Source: a virus
Lineage: Duplodnaviria > Caudoviricetes
Strand: one strand, 5' to 3'
DNA: 64,000 nucleotides
Virus record (IMG/VR): IMGVR_UViG_3300032249_000574
Location: 74-64,073 of that record
Positions within the stretch are counted from its first letter, which is position 1, and every line of letters begins with the position of its first letter. Positions 48,601 through 55,713 of the stretch are shown here, in pieces. The translations under genes were made by a program, and so were the position numbers. Under the pieces are notes generated by a model, which saw only the letters and a program-made list of their open reading frames with translations, did not search any database and was not told where the DNA came from.

Positions 48601-48642
48601 GCTAAAATCCGCATCGAAGCTGAGATCAGACGCAAGCGGTGA
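39634..48642 (+). CDS. Giant (3002 aa) internal virion/ejection polyvalent protein with zincin-like and sigma-70-like domains
   Basis: Last and largest ejection-block gene; N-terminal hydrophobic G/A segment, P/A/E linkers, EEEILH...AEEYVR, sigma region 2/3/4-like motifs, C-terminal PF..FPR.I.NI segment typical of large polyvalent proteins. Confidence 0.8.
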   Translation: MAAINEEDLQEYLEEQRALAEAPTELDIPVARVEEPVVAEETPAQSFTNWDSYTSDPEYQTLDSAEKQELYDRWRQYATNYLASTGNLTTKDDLEFTKSYFSGIAKQEGLKGADYEPPSYAEQLIQQGQSGYRSLESGVAGYGALIGVADTESAANAIAERKRQEQEKYLSPEFQEYSNKQLGFFGAVKEIVTNPFDLALPFLAQSMGSNLPALASSLGIAGIGGAVAGPAGAASAGLYSSAVLGGATDALVTVDQLITEEVEKRGLSPTDPKAIASVLADPEFKAYAIKYANARGLAIGATGLAAFGLGNILAAPAREIAKAGVRGVAKEVGKQIGIQVVSEPVGEVAAQAGAQVATSQPIDIKGREVAEELVIGLPMSGVEAATLTYKNLVENSAPASADQVLLDQISEQNRTELQGAATRNEADIFYRNLSIDEKVKVLELAPNAILSEEQNVFDTLTPEEKQRVDNALRATQQITQPPVLAREETPAPAGEQPPVLVPKAEEAPTAGEPPVLIPTPTAPPAPTLAEAEAEAAQVFAEPIPTPSVVEAEVTPQEVVREVGAEAGFPAPAPETTAPISEAVQVPLEQVAPATAQVVAQEEIQALAPVVETLAPAPVPVAEAPAPTPVAETPAPKTEAKNLDQKIKEAADSQRGKPETTMMDVTMKLKEETASSPTLIDLLEHIGDLSNRAQKENAIGNVDEKIAKVEKYRKNNWGTVKSSIEQGYRENAEYRTLKSIPELVRLSDNVGKPGGPKGLFEVYEKLRKEHGDKIEAEIKRSKEIAKQELRKYVEAHEKFNKPVTKLGKLGKDAAIALGNQNFNQLEKIVSEMRAWVDEYNNATPQRRQEMFRELAEKPTAPVVETPTPAPVTPAVQKLPPTKKQVTALTKLGYLPADIEGLDRTQAKDIVAKQTPKTPTVEAPKETAPEVAAGAPAPEAPAVPPAPVSEPTAPKAEERPAGEVGAPVAPPAGEPTAPQTADERLAQAEEQFSRVAETLQTNLAGTNIKLDGESVASFLGPNPNPEVQARLGRLLKILNTALANVKREIEKKGSLGRGRNLKEAFTNIESIVVDPNARGGGGLYADPRNPYVAGVLFLNPNQLARVLMSSATTNPGDFLVKMLEEEILHISDGKAMLSAFIQKFPRASNPEIYANPESIRKAFEEFYDQSNREIEQSLSVSQIKQVLGPYAQSLGIDLEGKSKEQIIGEFNRGRPGRLAEEYVRAVIQLNNSGSITEDTIKSLVTKPILRLLGALRTYLKRLVGDLGTGVKSRKTIFDNRYDAIQDILANKTSPRLIREAIGEVATVPSNLLASSADPIAQEEARLQQQNNKDLFEKIDYEFDDRVRLTDKEIEDAATGKKERRGRSRAAVEASLSRSFPTIRDRDEVRMAVNDALMEAIGSYNDQKGSALPTYVYRLAANRLLRAKQKIVRERARTPYSFDAPGFFSVSPELRSVEAGAAEVERLTSGVGWEQIETAPAKRRSLTPEQKEAQRQALLARPTGEEATRAEIAKEETALAGLEQAVEIKPQVTSYDEPLEMVTQTLADGEKISAADAKVANKITSDMLASQNELTQKLGDALVKLQDRTNIKNTARDAEIIQYVSGASNKTRAEISEQYGLTNDQFTKIRDDLMIKLRDLLVQDGISRRDVPGNIVYASSIDPTYSQALNRAISTIPRDIALRKALTTRVIESYVEDEVMRKANAFVDANSPGNDVMYAKRVLDGNKGIPFEERLVTLGVIGRRLRDAVQLIDDRILLDQTTKGGTTPENLALRDYLANNLGEALSAGQELASRAGQDLRATRILANMFLPYAIVKQYTGPIFNQQKEVLDAKEEIRRLREDLAALQAELAGTSSNGSFTVLPPTTPDEGPRIVIGERKPDQPAPEGESFYQLLAAFGDMAPTADENFYEYLIRLGIPYEELVASIEGVKASAATPTGPSRVLPEGLQNLPASEAIQKLLAIDKNLLSKLISLRIKSGKVATNQDLEASFERRKIDTKALQARPNELQTVFDFFNSTLSEKPTDPQPIEKDPLPPLVRLAKYAADAVTGRVLRSLGADQAGKTKEQQTAFAKLESEVRKLVNAQFKQETNPTQVSAEDTRSVEQRLLDVVKRVELSEQVFNQVQGNLRSQLAEDTRRREAKAEGQLTSGERKRLEEIAAKTFNANAVRSLDSLLRQVVDFKAEARKHLTQRGASVLSLTNIVKEKFTNFTEKQAESLAKLIAVRYGDLVKKAGERQLANIVRRVGDKGEQAPKKSIDQMLELINLGAFDDEKFYNVIAERYTDLPSWDPEVVAEIKKRADKIQRLTPDSDQAATESISLQTYIANEMYKQQKGWDKLGRQLDVASALWKAGVLSGPPTQIVNLGATHLNVLMELFTDANAYAKASKKKGLEGKFGDYLATALSAYLEAAGRMGVEQAGDAVATGLSRFRNEKKIELNPLETFKFDSNKPWSINNYIAAWKLVGRAMAAADTYNSVVANEAKTRMAARYSLLQQGLTAEQTTKKAEDIFNKSNPEIINIRQQVAQEEAKGEFGSLAGLQPKTQSYREMNRKIEAGKRRRFNQLRDKFIEKEAGFAKGQMDDIREFSQFATFNNTPTGLIGYLGGAVIGGIAGKTKLLTPFVAFPRTIANIINSGLNYTPYGWLRANGFSLGNISGAIRDSEYRFKKPEPGSVEYYQLQTKAFYGSLVAFTLIGLAMKDIDKDWDEAFFAVTGRGPTDQNQKEQLMQAGWRENSVKIGPLKFRHTDFPGLNTIFGAMALVSDQYRYGKLSEKDFITLASTAALSVANSIFDKQLLSGMKTLFDAVSDRGDASDKAKKIIQSYSAGFLNPGIARWTTRTFDIGPDGKVGVTDYKELNATSGGFLIGLTPLAVVAGKPKLNRLGEEIREYPWAATEKRFGVLPTMAPHPVFTPLVRGGLFVPGASINLKINARENGKPIQRKMDREEYYNYSKYNGEYLKRILTPARAESLARLARTNQDAAQKQLEKMADRAKDYAKIRIEAEIRRKR

Positions 48643-48856
48643 AGAACAAAGACCAGATAAGCTTGGGTGTAACAGAGAAGAGCAATGCAGTACCGAAATA
48701 GTATAACATGGGAGCCGCAATGAAGCACACAAAACATATCCAGAATGTAGGGGAGCCAGCCTCCGACTTGAGTTCTGGGATTAAATTCTTTGCCGAGGCT
48801 TTAAGGGCATCGCCCATAAACACCACATCAGTTGGTTCTTTTCGTTTTCTTTTCAT
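48626..48856 (-). CDS. Small membrane protein, antisense to structural operon
   Basis: AAAGGA RBS; two hydrophobic segments. Confidence 0.5.
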   Translation of the reverse strand: MKRKRKEPTDVVFMGDALKASAKNLIPELKSEAGSPTFWICFVCFIAAPMLYYFGTALLFSVTPKLIWSLFFTACV

Positions 48857-48923
48857 ACTAGTTCCTTTTTTGTTAGGGGTTTGGGACTGGACTGTCCAGT
48901 CTTTTTGTAGGAGATAAGAAGGT

Positions 48924-49070
48924 ATGCCTTTAGGTAGAAAAACTAAACCGAAAGACGCTTGCTATAACAAGGTCAAGGCTCGGTATAAGGTCTGGCCGTC
49001 AGCTTACGCTAGCGGGGCATTGGTTCAATGCCGTAAGGTCGGGGCGAAGAACTGGGGTAAATCCAAATGA
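48924..49070 (+). CDS. Small basic Cys-containing phage protein
   Basis: Hand-translated MPLGRKTKPKDACYNKVKARYKVWPSAYASGALVQCRKVGAKNWGKSK. Confidence 0.75.
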   Translation: MPLGRKTKPKDACYNKVKARYKVWPSAYASGALVQCRKVGAKNWGKSK

Positions 49071-49219
49071 AATGGTGGTGGTCGATCCTTATCCCAGCGA
49101 TTGCTTTAGGTATGAGCGGATGTTGGGAGTTTGAGGAAGATGGTTGGTCAGATTGGAATTCGAATGAGCCGACGCTACAACACGCACAGGATGCGATGAA
49201 GGACAAGCATGAGCTTTGA
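49067..49219 (+). CDS. Small lipoprotein
   Basis: Hand-translated MKWWWSILIPAIALGMSGC-WEFEEDGW...; lipobox MSGC; ATGA coupling. Confidence 0.55.
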   Translation: MKWWWSILIPAIALGMSGCWEFEEDGWSDWNSNEPTLQHAQDAMKDKHEL

Positions 49220-49436
49220 ACTCGAGAAAAAGTATGGTCTTCGCGGATGGTTTAAGCGGAACAACGGCAAGGGATGGATCAACTGCAAGACCGGAGGACC
49301 TTGTGGTCGTTCGGATTCTAGTAAGGGAAGCTATCCCGCATGCCGTCCCACAAAGTCTATGTGTACGGCGGCCTCTAAAAGGAAAACGGGGCCAGAGAGA
49401 ATTAGTTGGAAAGGTTTAGGGAGAGGAAAAAAATAA
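49209..49436 (+). CDS. Small basic Cys-rich phage protein (DUF5872-like)
   Basis: GLR.WF, W...KTG.PCGRS, YP.CRP motifs. Confidence 0.65.
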   Translation: MSFELEKKYGLRGWFKRNNGKGWINCKTGGPCGRSDSSKGSYPACRPTKSMCTAASKRKTGPERISWKGLGRGKK

Positions 49437-49437
49437 T

Positions 49438-50367
49438 ATGGCTGATACATTCACAGACGCAATTGATGCACGATCAGAGGGACGTCCGGTGTTTTCGCAG
49501 GAAGGTCTTGATATTCTCAGGACGTTCGAAGGCTTTCGGCCAGACGCTTACTATGACTTAGATAACAAGAAGAAAAAAGGAAAGCTCACCGTGGGTTATG
49601 GGTTCACGGACAACGATATCCCAGACTTGCGTCCGGGCTATACGATTGACAGAGGGAGAGCGGAACAAATGTTGCCAGATCTTATCAACAGGAAGTACGG
49701 GCCGAGCGTTCTGGATAGCGTTAAAGTTCCATTGAATGACCAGCAATACAGCGCACTTACAAGTCTCGTCTACAACATCGGGCCAACAAACTTTGGGAAA
49801 AGCACGTTACTCAAGAAACTTAACTCCGGAGACTTTGAGGGAGCGGCCGAACAATTTAAAGTATGGAACAAAGCAGGCGGTAAAACTTTAGAGGGTTTAG
49901 TCAAAAGACGTGGGGCAGAAGAAGCCTTGTTCAAGGGAGATACCCAAACTTTAGGGGCGATACTAGAGCAACAGAAATTTGGAACGCCTAGACTAGGTAA
50001 AGACTTATCGGAAGCTGCAACACCTATGCCTGACTTCCCAGCGATGACTCCCGAAGAGACAGGAGCCGCAGCGGCTGAGAAGATAGCCCAAGAAGCTGGG
50101 ATGACACCAGAAGAACGTGGAGTTGCAGCGGCAGAGAAGATCGCTAAAGGTATCGAACAAACGGCTACGGAAAAAACAGTTGAGGATCTTAAACCTGACC
50201 AGTTTGATATGGAACAATTCACAAAACTGTTGGGCGGTGCTAAGAGCAAGAAAGACGAAGAGGAACAGACGATACCATTCGCAAGTAGCGTAAGCTTTGG
50301 TGGTAATCTCCCGAGTCTCCCATCGGGTCTACCTAGAAACTCGGGGCTTGGGCGGAGGACTAGCTGA
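49438..50367 (+). CDS. GH24 phage lysozyme with acidic C-terminal extension (probably virion-associated)
   Basis: FEG.R..AY.D, TVGYG, Q..AL.SL.YNIG, STLLKKLN, W.KAGG..L.GLVKRR.AE. Confidence 0.9.
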   Translation: MADTFTDAIDARSEGRPVFSQEGLDILRTFEGFRPDAYYDLDNKKKKGKLTVGYGFTDNDIPDLRPGYTIDRGRAEQMLPDLINRKYGPSVLDSVKVPLNDQQYSALTSLVYNIGPTNFGKSTLLKKLNSGDFEGAAEQFKVWNKAGGKTLEGLVKRRGAEEALFKGDTQTLGAILEQQKFGTPRLGKDLSEAATPMPDFPAMTPEETGAAAAEKIAQEAGMTPEERGVAAAEKIAKGIEQTATEKTVEDLKPDQFDMEQFTKLLGGAKSKKDEEEQTIPFASSVSFGGNLPSLPSGLPRNSGLGRRTS

Positions 50368-50669
50368 TGCCAATCGGAAGACCAAGCAAAGAGAATATGG
50401 CATGTAATAGGCCACGGCCTTCGTGGATTGCAGGCAAGAAGCGTGTAGTCAAAGCATGCCAAGATGGCAAGGAAAAGATCGTACACTTTGGAGCTAAAGG
50501 CTATGGCCATAACTATTCTCCAGCAGCTCGTAAGTCCTTTAGGGCTAGGCACAACTGCGCTAATCCAGGAACCAAATTAAGTGCTAGGTACTGGGCTTGT
50601 AAGAATCTTTGGGCTGGTCCGGGAGGGTCAACTCAAGCTAGTCCGTCGAACCGACGAGGAAAATACTAG
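50367..50669 (+). CDS. Small basic phage protein (DUF5754-like)
   Basis: KK.VV.....K.VHFGA.GY, RKSFRARH.C, SARYWAC..LW. Confidence 0.7.
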   Translation: MPIGRPSKENMACNRPRPSWIAGKKRVVKACQDGKEKIVHFGAKGYGHNYSPAARKSFRARHNCANPGTKLSARYWACKNLWAGPGGSTQASPSNRRGKY

Positions 50670-50706
50670 GTTGCCAAACCAAGGTTAAACCAGTAGATAC
50701 AAATTT

Positions 50707-50919
50707 ATGTACGGAGTAAAAGGAGATAAGAATCTAGCCCCGATGAAACAGATAAAGGGGTCTGGTTTGGGAAGACGGGGATATGCTACGAAGCTTCAGA
50801 AAGGGCCGAAGAGCATGAGCGCACAACCGATACGACCCGCATCGCTAAAGATGAAAACGGGGAAAGCATCGGAGAAAATTTTGGTTCCGAAACAGGAATT
50901 AAAAAGTATTGGAATCTAA
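50707..50919 (+). CDS. Small basic protein
   Basis: K-rich 70-aa ORF with promoter-like motif upstream. Confidence 0.55.
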   Translation: MYGVKGDKNLAPMKQIKGSGLGRRGYATKLQKGPKSMSAQPIRPASLKMKTGKASEKILVPKQELKSIGI

Positions 50920-50928
50920 GGAGAACAT

Positions 50929-51084
50929 ATGCCATTAGGACGTAACGTATCGAAGAACATCAGCGAACTGTATGCTGATAACAAGAAGAGCGGGAAAGCA
51001 AAGGGCGCAATGGGAAAGCCACGAAGCAAAGCCCAGATCATTGCGATCGCCCTGTCAGCAGCTGGTAAGTCGAAGAAGAAATGA
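50929..51084 (+). CDS. Small basic protein (DUF6496-like)
   Basis: Hand-translated MPLGRNVSKNISELY...AQIIAIALSAAGKSKKK; AAGGAG RBS. Confidence 0.7.
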   Translation: MPLGRNVSKNISELYADNKKSGKAKGAMGKPRSKAQIIAIALSAAGKSKKK

Positions 51085-51455
51085 GCGAACAATATTACAT
51101 GCGGGATACGACTATCCATCCCGCTTCTGGATTTGTTTACAAGGACGCTGACACTCAGCAAGTAATTAATGCTGGTAGTTTTGCGGATCTGATTGCGGCC
51201 GTTGTCCAGCATCGAAGGAATAATCATCTCGAAGTGGATGCCAAGATTGTTGACGCGATTCATGCTTATCTCTGTGCGATGAACAACAACGGGCCGTGCG
51301 CTAAAGGAACCCGTGGCCTCGGGGATCTGGTTCACACAGTAGCTCAGCCGATTGCGTGGGTAATTGACAAAGCTTTCGGGACAAATGTTCAGGGTTGTTG
51401 GTCTTGTGGTGGTCGTCGTGACGCCTTGAACAAAGCGGTCCCATTCAATAAATAA
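51081..51455 (+). CDS. Hypothetical phage protein with GLGD...CxxC..RR..LN motif
   Basis: ORF coupled to upstream gene. Confidence 0.65.
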   Translation: MSEQYYMRDTTIHPASGFVYKDADTQQVINAGSFADLIAAVVQHRRNNHLEVDAKIVDAIHAYLCAMNNNGPCAKGTRGLGDLVHTVAQPIAWVIDKAFGTNVQGCWSCGGRRDALNKAVPFNK

Positions 51456-51491
51456 TTTCTTGGTTGGCTACTAGCCAACTAAGTTTTCTAT

Positions 51492-51779
51492 ATGAATATT
51501 GAGGGCGTGAAAAAACCCGTGAAGTATTCCGCTTGGTTTAAGAAAGAAGTCTCTAAACTTTCTAAGCTACGCAAAGACGTGGACGGGTTAAAGGTTGAGC
51601 ACCAAGCTGTAATGCAAGACATTGAGGATGGCGAGGAGTACGCCAAGGATTTAGAAGAAGCGATTGTCCAGTTGGACAAGCAGGTCACAGCAACGAGGCG
51701 GGAGCTGGCCCGCAGGTTTACAACCTACGATGCCAACTTCCGCCACGATGCCATGTTAGACCCTAGCCTTTTGGACTAG
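51492..51779 (+). CDS. Coiled-coil hypothetical protein
   Basis: Last plus-strand ORF before convergent junction. Confidence 0.6.
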   Translation: MNIEGVKKPVKYSAWFKKEVSKLSKLRKDVDGLKVEHQAVMQDIEDGEEYAKDLEEAIVQLDKQVTATRRELARRFTTYDANFRHDAMLDPSLLD

Positions 51780-51963
51780 GGTATTTGAATACTTGCTTCT
51801 TGCCGGGCTTGGCAGTTGCTTTCTTCTTGCCCCAATCAATAGACTGATAGTTCTTATAGAACCTATCAGACATGTTCCGAGGGGAATCGCCTTTACCGTT
51901 TTGCATAGACTCGAATGTAACATCGCCCCGTTGCCGAAGCGAGTCATAACTAATGTTACTCAT
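51763..51963 (-). CDS. Small hypothetical protein
   Basis: GKGDSPR....F..NY..IDW motif seen in small phage proteins. Confidence 0.6.
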   Translation of the reverse strand: MSNISYDSLRQRGDVTFESMQNGKGDSPRNMSDRFYKNYQSIDWGKKKATAKPGKKQVFKYPSPKG

Positions 51964-52556
51964 GCGGACTCCTCACTTACTACGCTGTCGAATGGTTGCT
52001 CTTCAGCGTGATGGGTTTGGGTTTGCACTCGTAGCCACGAAGGCTTCTGTAGGGTTGCCTTGGTGAAGGAGACTTCTTCCCAGAGAATGTTATTGCCTGG
52101 GACGCAAGTGATCCTACCACAGTCTAGAGCGATGAAGTGATGGCTCTTGGTTTGACTTGGTTCCAAGCTATAGCCGTCGCCATAAGGCTCACAAGTAAAC
52201 ATGTAGCTACCTGTTAACCATTTCTGACGTGAAGCTATCCACACGGAACAATCAAGCTCCCGTAAGTAATCATATTCGATACCCGTTGCGTCGTAACCGA
52301 AGCAGTCCCAACGCTGGGCATCACGAAGTTCCCATGGGAATGTCTGACCAGCTTCATCGTGGCACAACGCCGAGAGGGGCAGGCCACGATAAAGAGCACC
52401 ACACTTTAACAATACGGTGCAACCCCAAGCTCGATGGGGGACAGTCGTCAGACCAAACCAAACGGCTTCCTCCCAACCTTGAACTTGGCCTTGGCTCATC
52501 ACGGATTTATCAACAGTTACGTAGTGGTGACGAGGAATATTAAGGGCGTGTTTCAT
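51960..52556 (-). CDS. Conserved hypothetical phage protein
   Basis: GALYR.LPLSA, WDCF, G.YMFT, K.HH...LD.G.....P.N motifs. Confidence 0.7.
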   Translation of the reverse strand: MKHALNIPRHHYVTVDKSVMSQGQVQGWEEAVWFGLTTVPHRAWGCTVLLKCGALYRGLPLSALCHDEAGQTFPWELRDAQRWDCFGYDATGIEYDYLRELDCSVWIASRQKWLTGSYMFTCEPYGDGYSLEPSQTKSHHFIALDCGRITCVPGNNILWEEVSFTKATLQKPSWLRVQTQTHHAEEQPFDSVVSEESA

Positions 52557-54214
52557 ATTCGAATACGTCTTCCTTTATAAGAGCCTTCAGCTCAGACGAC
52601 TGGGAGTCGTAGATCTTAGGACCGACGGTTGAGAAGTTATCATTGAGACTACCTATGCAAGCCTCTTCTCTATCAGAGAAGGGGATCTGAACATAGATCG
52701 ACTCGTTGAATATCGAGTGGGTGTTCGTATCTTCTGTGCTCAAGGTTCCCAGTATCTCACCGCTAGTTGATACAACAACAGGACCATCGTTGATCCATTG
52801 TGCATTCTCTGTCACGGAACTTAGGAGGGAGACCGTTGAGAAGTCTCCCGTCTTGGTTCCGGATTCGTTACTGACCGAATCAATCAATGCTTCGTTGGCG
52901 TTAAGGATACCGAGGTATCCATCTCCATCTTCCGCATAGCATGAGGCCCATGCGAAAGAACCAAGTATCAATCCCCTAATAAGTCTGCCGGTTGTAGTTG
53001 CCATATTTCTTCATCTCCATTTGTATCCTCGAAGTCTTGGAACTCGTTAAGAGCATTGCTCAAGACATCAAGGGCTTCGTTGAATTTATTATCAGGACGA
53101 TCTTCGTCCAAGATAATTCCCTCTGGGTCGTTAAGAACAGCGCATCGAACGCCGCTCTCTCGTTCCAGTTCTTCCAAAGCCGGGACCAAACACTTTTCAT
53201 TGTAGGTCTCGGACTCTCTGATCGCCTGTTGTTTGGCAAGCGTGATGGCTGCCATCGCGATCTCAATGGCCTCGGTCGTTGTCACGCCTTGGCCTCCCGC
53301 ATGATTGCCTCGTGAACCTCGCTGGCCAACGGAGCCTGCATGGCTTCCATCAACGCAGTCGGGGCGTCATACTCCATGTTAACTACAATGTTATCTCGCA
53401 CGGTTCCGTTGTAAGGAACGATGTACGAGTCGTCTGCAAACACATATAACAATTCACCTTTAACTTCTTTCATTAGCATGTCCTCCACATTCCGATCACA
53501 GCCCCGTCCCTTGCGGTCACCAGACCTTTCGAGTTGAACGTGATCTTTCTTCGGTTAGTTGTCCGCCCAGTCTTGATGCTGGTCATCTTGTTGAACCAGT
53601 CATACGCGACCTCAAGGCTTTTGAATTTGAAGACCTTGTGTTCTTTCGACCAAGGGTCTTGTAGATATGTTACAAAGTTATACTTCATTCTTGTCCTTTC
53701 TGTTCCGGTCCAAGCTCAGTCCATAGCGGGAACAGCTCGCGCTGTTTACCTGCTGGCCAAGGATGGGCGACGACTATCCCGCTGACCTGTCGAGCTTCCT
53801 TGAAGACGTCTTCCGATTCCGTGTAGCCACGGATGTTATCGGCTTTCAGTCCAGGCATTAGCTCTGTCCAAGTCTCGTCGACTGTTAAGTACAAACCGTC
53901 CGAACGTTTGATTGCATATGTCATAGTGTTGCTCCTTTCAATTATAGTACGAGTAAGTATCGCTTCATTACTTTGAAGTGGTCTTCAGATACTCTCTGAT
54001 ATGACCCAGCGTAAGTTATAACTTCACCGTTATGCCAGAAGCCACCATCTTCTTCGGTTTTCGATGAGTCTTCACCGTACCAATCTCGAGCGACTTTCTT
54101 GGCGTATTCTTCTGGGCTTCCTAGAGTTTTGAATAAATACTTTTGATTGTATTCATACTCTCCGTTGTGTTCTTCAACTTCCCCTAAGTAATAATGTATC
54201 TTGGGTTTCTTCAT
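52540..54214 (-). other. Run of six small early ORFs (52540-53004 secreted-like, 52968-53285, 53282-53488, 53473-53688, 53685-53924, 53942-54214)
   Basis: Overlapping start/stop packing with SD sequences; no recognisable domains. Confidence 0.6.
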
Positions 54215-54429
54215 AGTGTTGCTCCTGTCTTGTGTTCGTATACCATTGCGTTGAGGAGACCAATCACCTTGGCCTCGAAGGTGTCGATGAATTCACCGCT
54301 CACCCTAGATGGTGGAGCTTTCAATGGGGCAATGCCCATCTCCATCCTCGTCTTGTTACGCTCCTTGAACTTAGCACTAGCCAAGTCCAACGCCGATCGT
54401 TTGACCGCAGCTTTGTTAAGTAGACTCAT
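54211..54429 (-). CDS. Small basic protein, possible histone-fold
   Basis: LLNKAAVKR...RVSGEFID..EAKV..LL.......KT.ATL pattern; AAAGGA RBS. Confidence 0.5.
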   Translation of the reverse strand: MSLLNKAAVKRSALDLASAKFKERNKTRMEMGIAPLKAPPSRVSGEFIDTFEAKVIGLLNAMVYEHKTGATL

Positions 54430-55031
54430 GCCGTTATCCTTTCTGGTTGTAAGGCTCCCCATTGGGAAGCCATTGCTTTTGCTATACCATCGAAGGTCTT
54501 TGCTCTGTTCTTCTGTCTGTCCTTGCCACCCTTGTTAAACCAGTTGCCAGGAATCTTGCTACTCTGTGGGTTCTTAACAGTCCGTGTCGGCTTCAGCGGT
54601 GGCAGACCTTTGAGCCATAGGCATGTCCGTTTCTGCACGGGATGCCCGAACTGGTAGGGTTGAATAACTTGGGTGTTGGGTAGCAGATGGAAGATCTTGG
54701 ATGGCGTAGGGTTCTCGATGGCGATCATAGGAATGTCAGCATTCCATAGAGTCATAAAGAACGCACGTCCTTCCATGCCCAGCTTGAGTCTAGCCTTGTT
54801 CAGCTTGCCCTTTGGATACAGGAACCTAGCCCCTGCGTTGGACAAGTAGGTACAAGGTGGATGGGCAATCATTAAGTCCCATCCGTTATCAAGCACATCC
54901 CTCACGTCCCCTTGATAGTGGGGGCCGGGGACATCCGTGGGTAGGATGTCACAGCTCATGGCCTCGTGGCCCCGAGCAATGAAAGCGTCACGGACTGTAC
55001 CGGAGTACTCGCAAGCTACTAATACTTTCAT
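54426..55031 (-). CDS. DNA cytosine-C5 methyltransferase-like protein (ACEYSG family), copy 1
   Basis: VLVACEYSG, SCD, QGDV, AHPPCTYL, IENP, KRTCLWLKGLP, AMA.QWG. Confidence 0.8.
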   Translation of the reverse strand: MKVLVACEYSGTVRDAFIARGHEAMSCDILPTDVPGPHYQGDVRDVLDNGWDLMIAHPPCTYLSNAGARFLYPKGKLNKARLKLGMEGRAFFMTLWNADIPMIAIENPTPSKIFHLLPNTQVIQPYQFGHPVQKRTCLWLKGLPPLKPTRTVKNPQSSKIPGNWFNKGGKDRQKNRAKTFDGIAKAMASQWGALQPERITA

Positions 55032-55713
55032 GCTCTGTACCACCCAGCAAATTTACTGAGGTAAGTTGCATCATTTGCGACGTGGCCATTAGCCTTCTTC
55101 TTCATCCAAACTCTTGCCCTACACTCCTCTCCATTCTCTTTCGCAGAGTCTAGATCAACAACGTAGAGCGTTGTTCCTTTGGGTAGTTTATACCCGCTGA
55201 CTATTCCGTCTTCAATATAAACAATCAATGGTTTCATCTTGTGTTCTCCTTAAGTAATGATCGCTCGGTTGTCTTGGATGACGATGCTACGGGCATCGCC
55301 CCATACAACGGCACGAGGTTGTGCCTTGCGTTTGCGATCGTGTGTTGCGACACGACAATCGAACCCTTGAATCGGAACGCATTGACCTTGGTAGTGGATT
55401 GTCCACCACACATCCTTGCGTCGCTGAGACAAGGGTTTGTTGAAGTGATAAAAGAATCTCATTGGATTAGTCCTTTCGGGTAATAGGTTTTAGCTTCGTC
55501 AATCGAATCGAAGTGGCCAAGGAACTCTCGGTTCCCATAGCTTGTGATGTCTGTGCCTTGCTTTGCCTTGGAGTGATACTTGTAAACATCACAGCCTTTA
55601 TACTCGAGCCGTTCGTATGCTGGCTCACCTGAAGAATCGGGTGGGCGAACATCCCATTGCGGTTCGATGGCTGTGTATGTTCTCTGTGCGAATACCTTGA
55701 AGTTTCTTTTCAT
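55028..55713 (-). other. Three small early ORFs (55028-55237, 55250-55462, 55459-55713)
   Basis: Tightly packed ORFs with SD sequences. Confidence 0.6.

Noticed and set aside
39634-48642. Virion RNA polymerase (N4- or crAss-like) in the giant protein
   Set aside because: No DxDGD/DFDID or T7-type polymerase motifs recognised by eye; only sigma-like and zincin-like motifs. A profile search is still advisable
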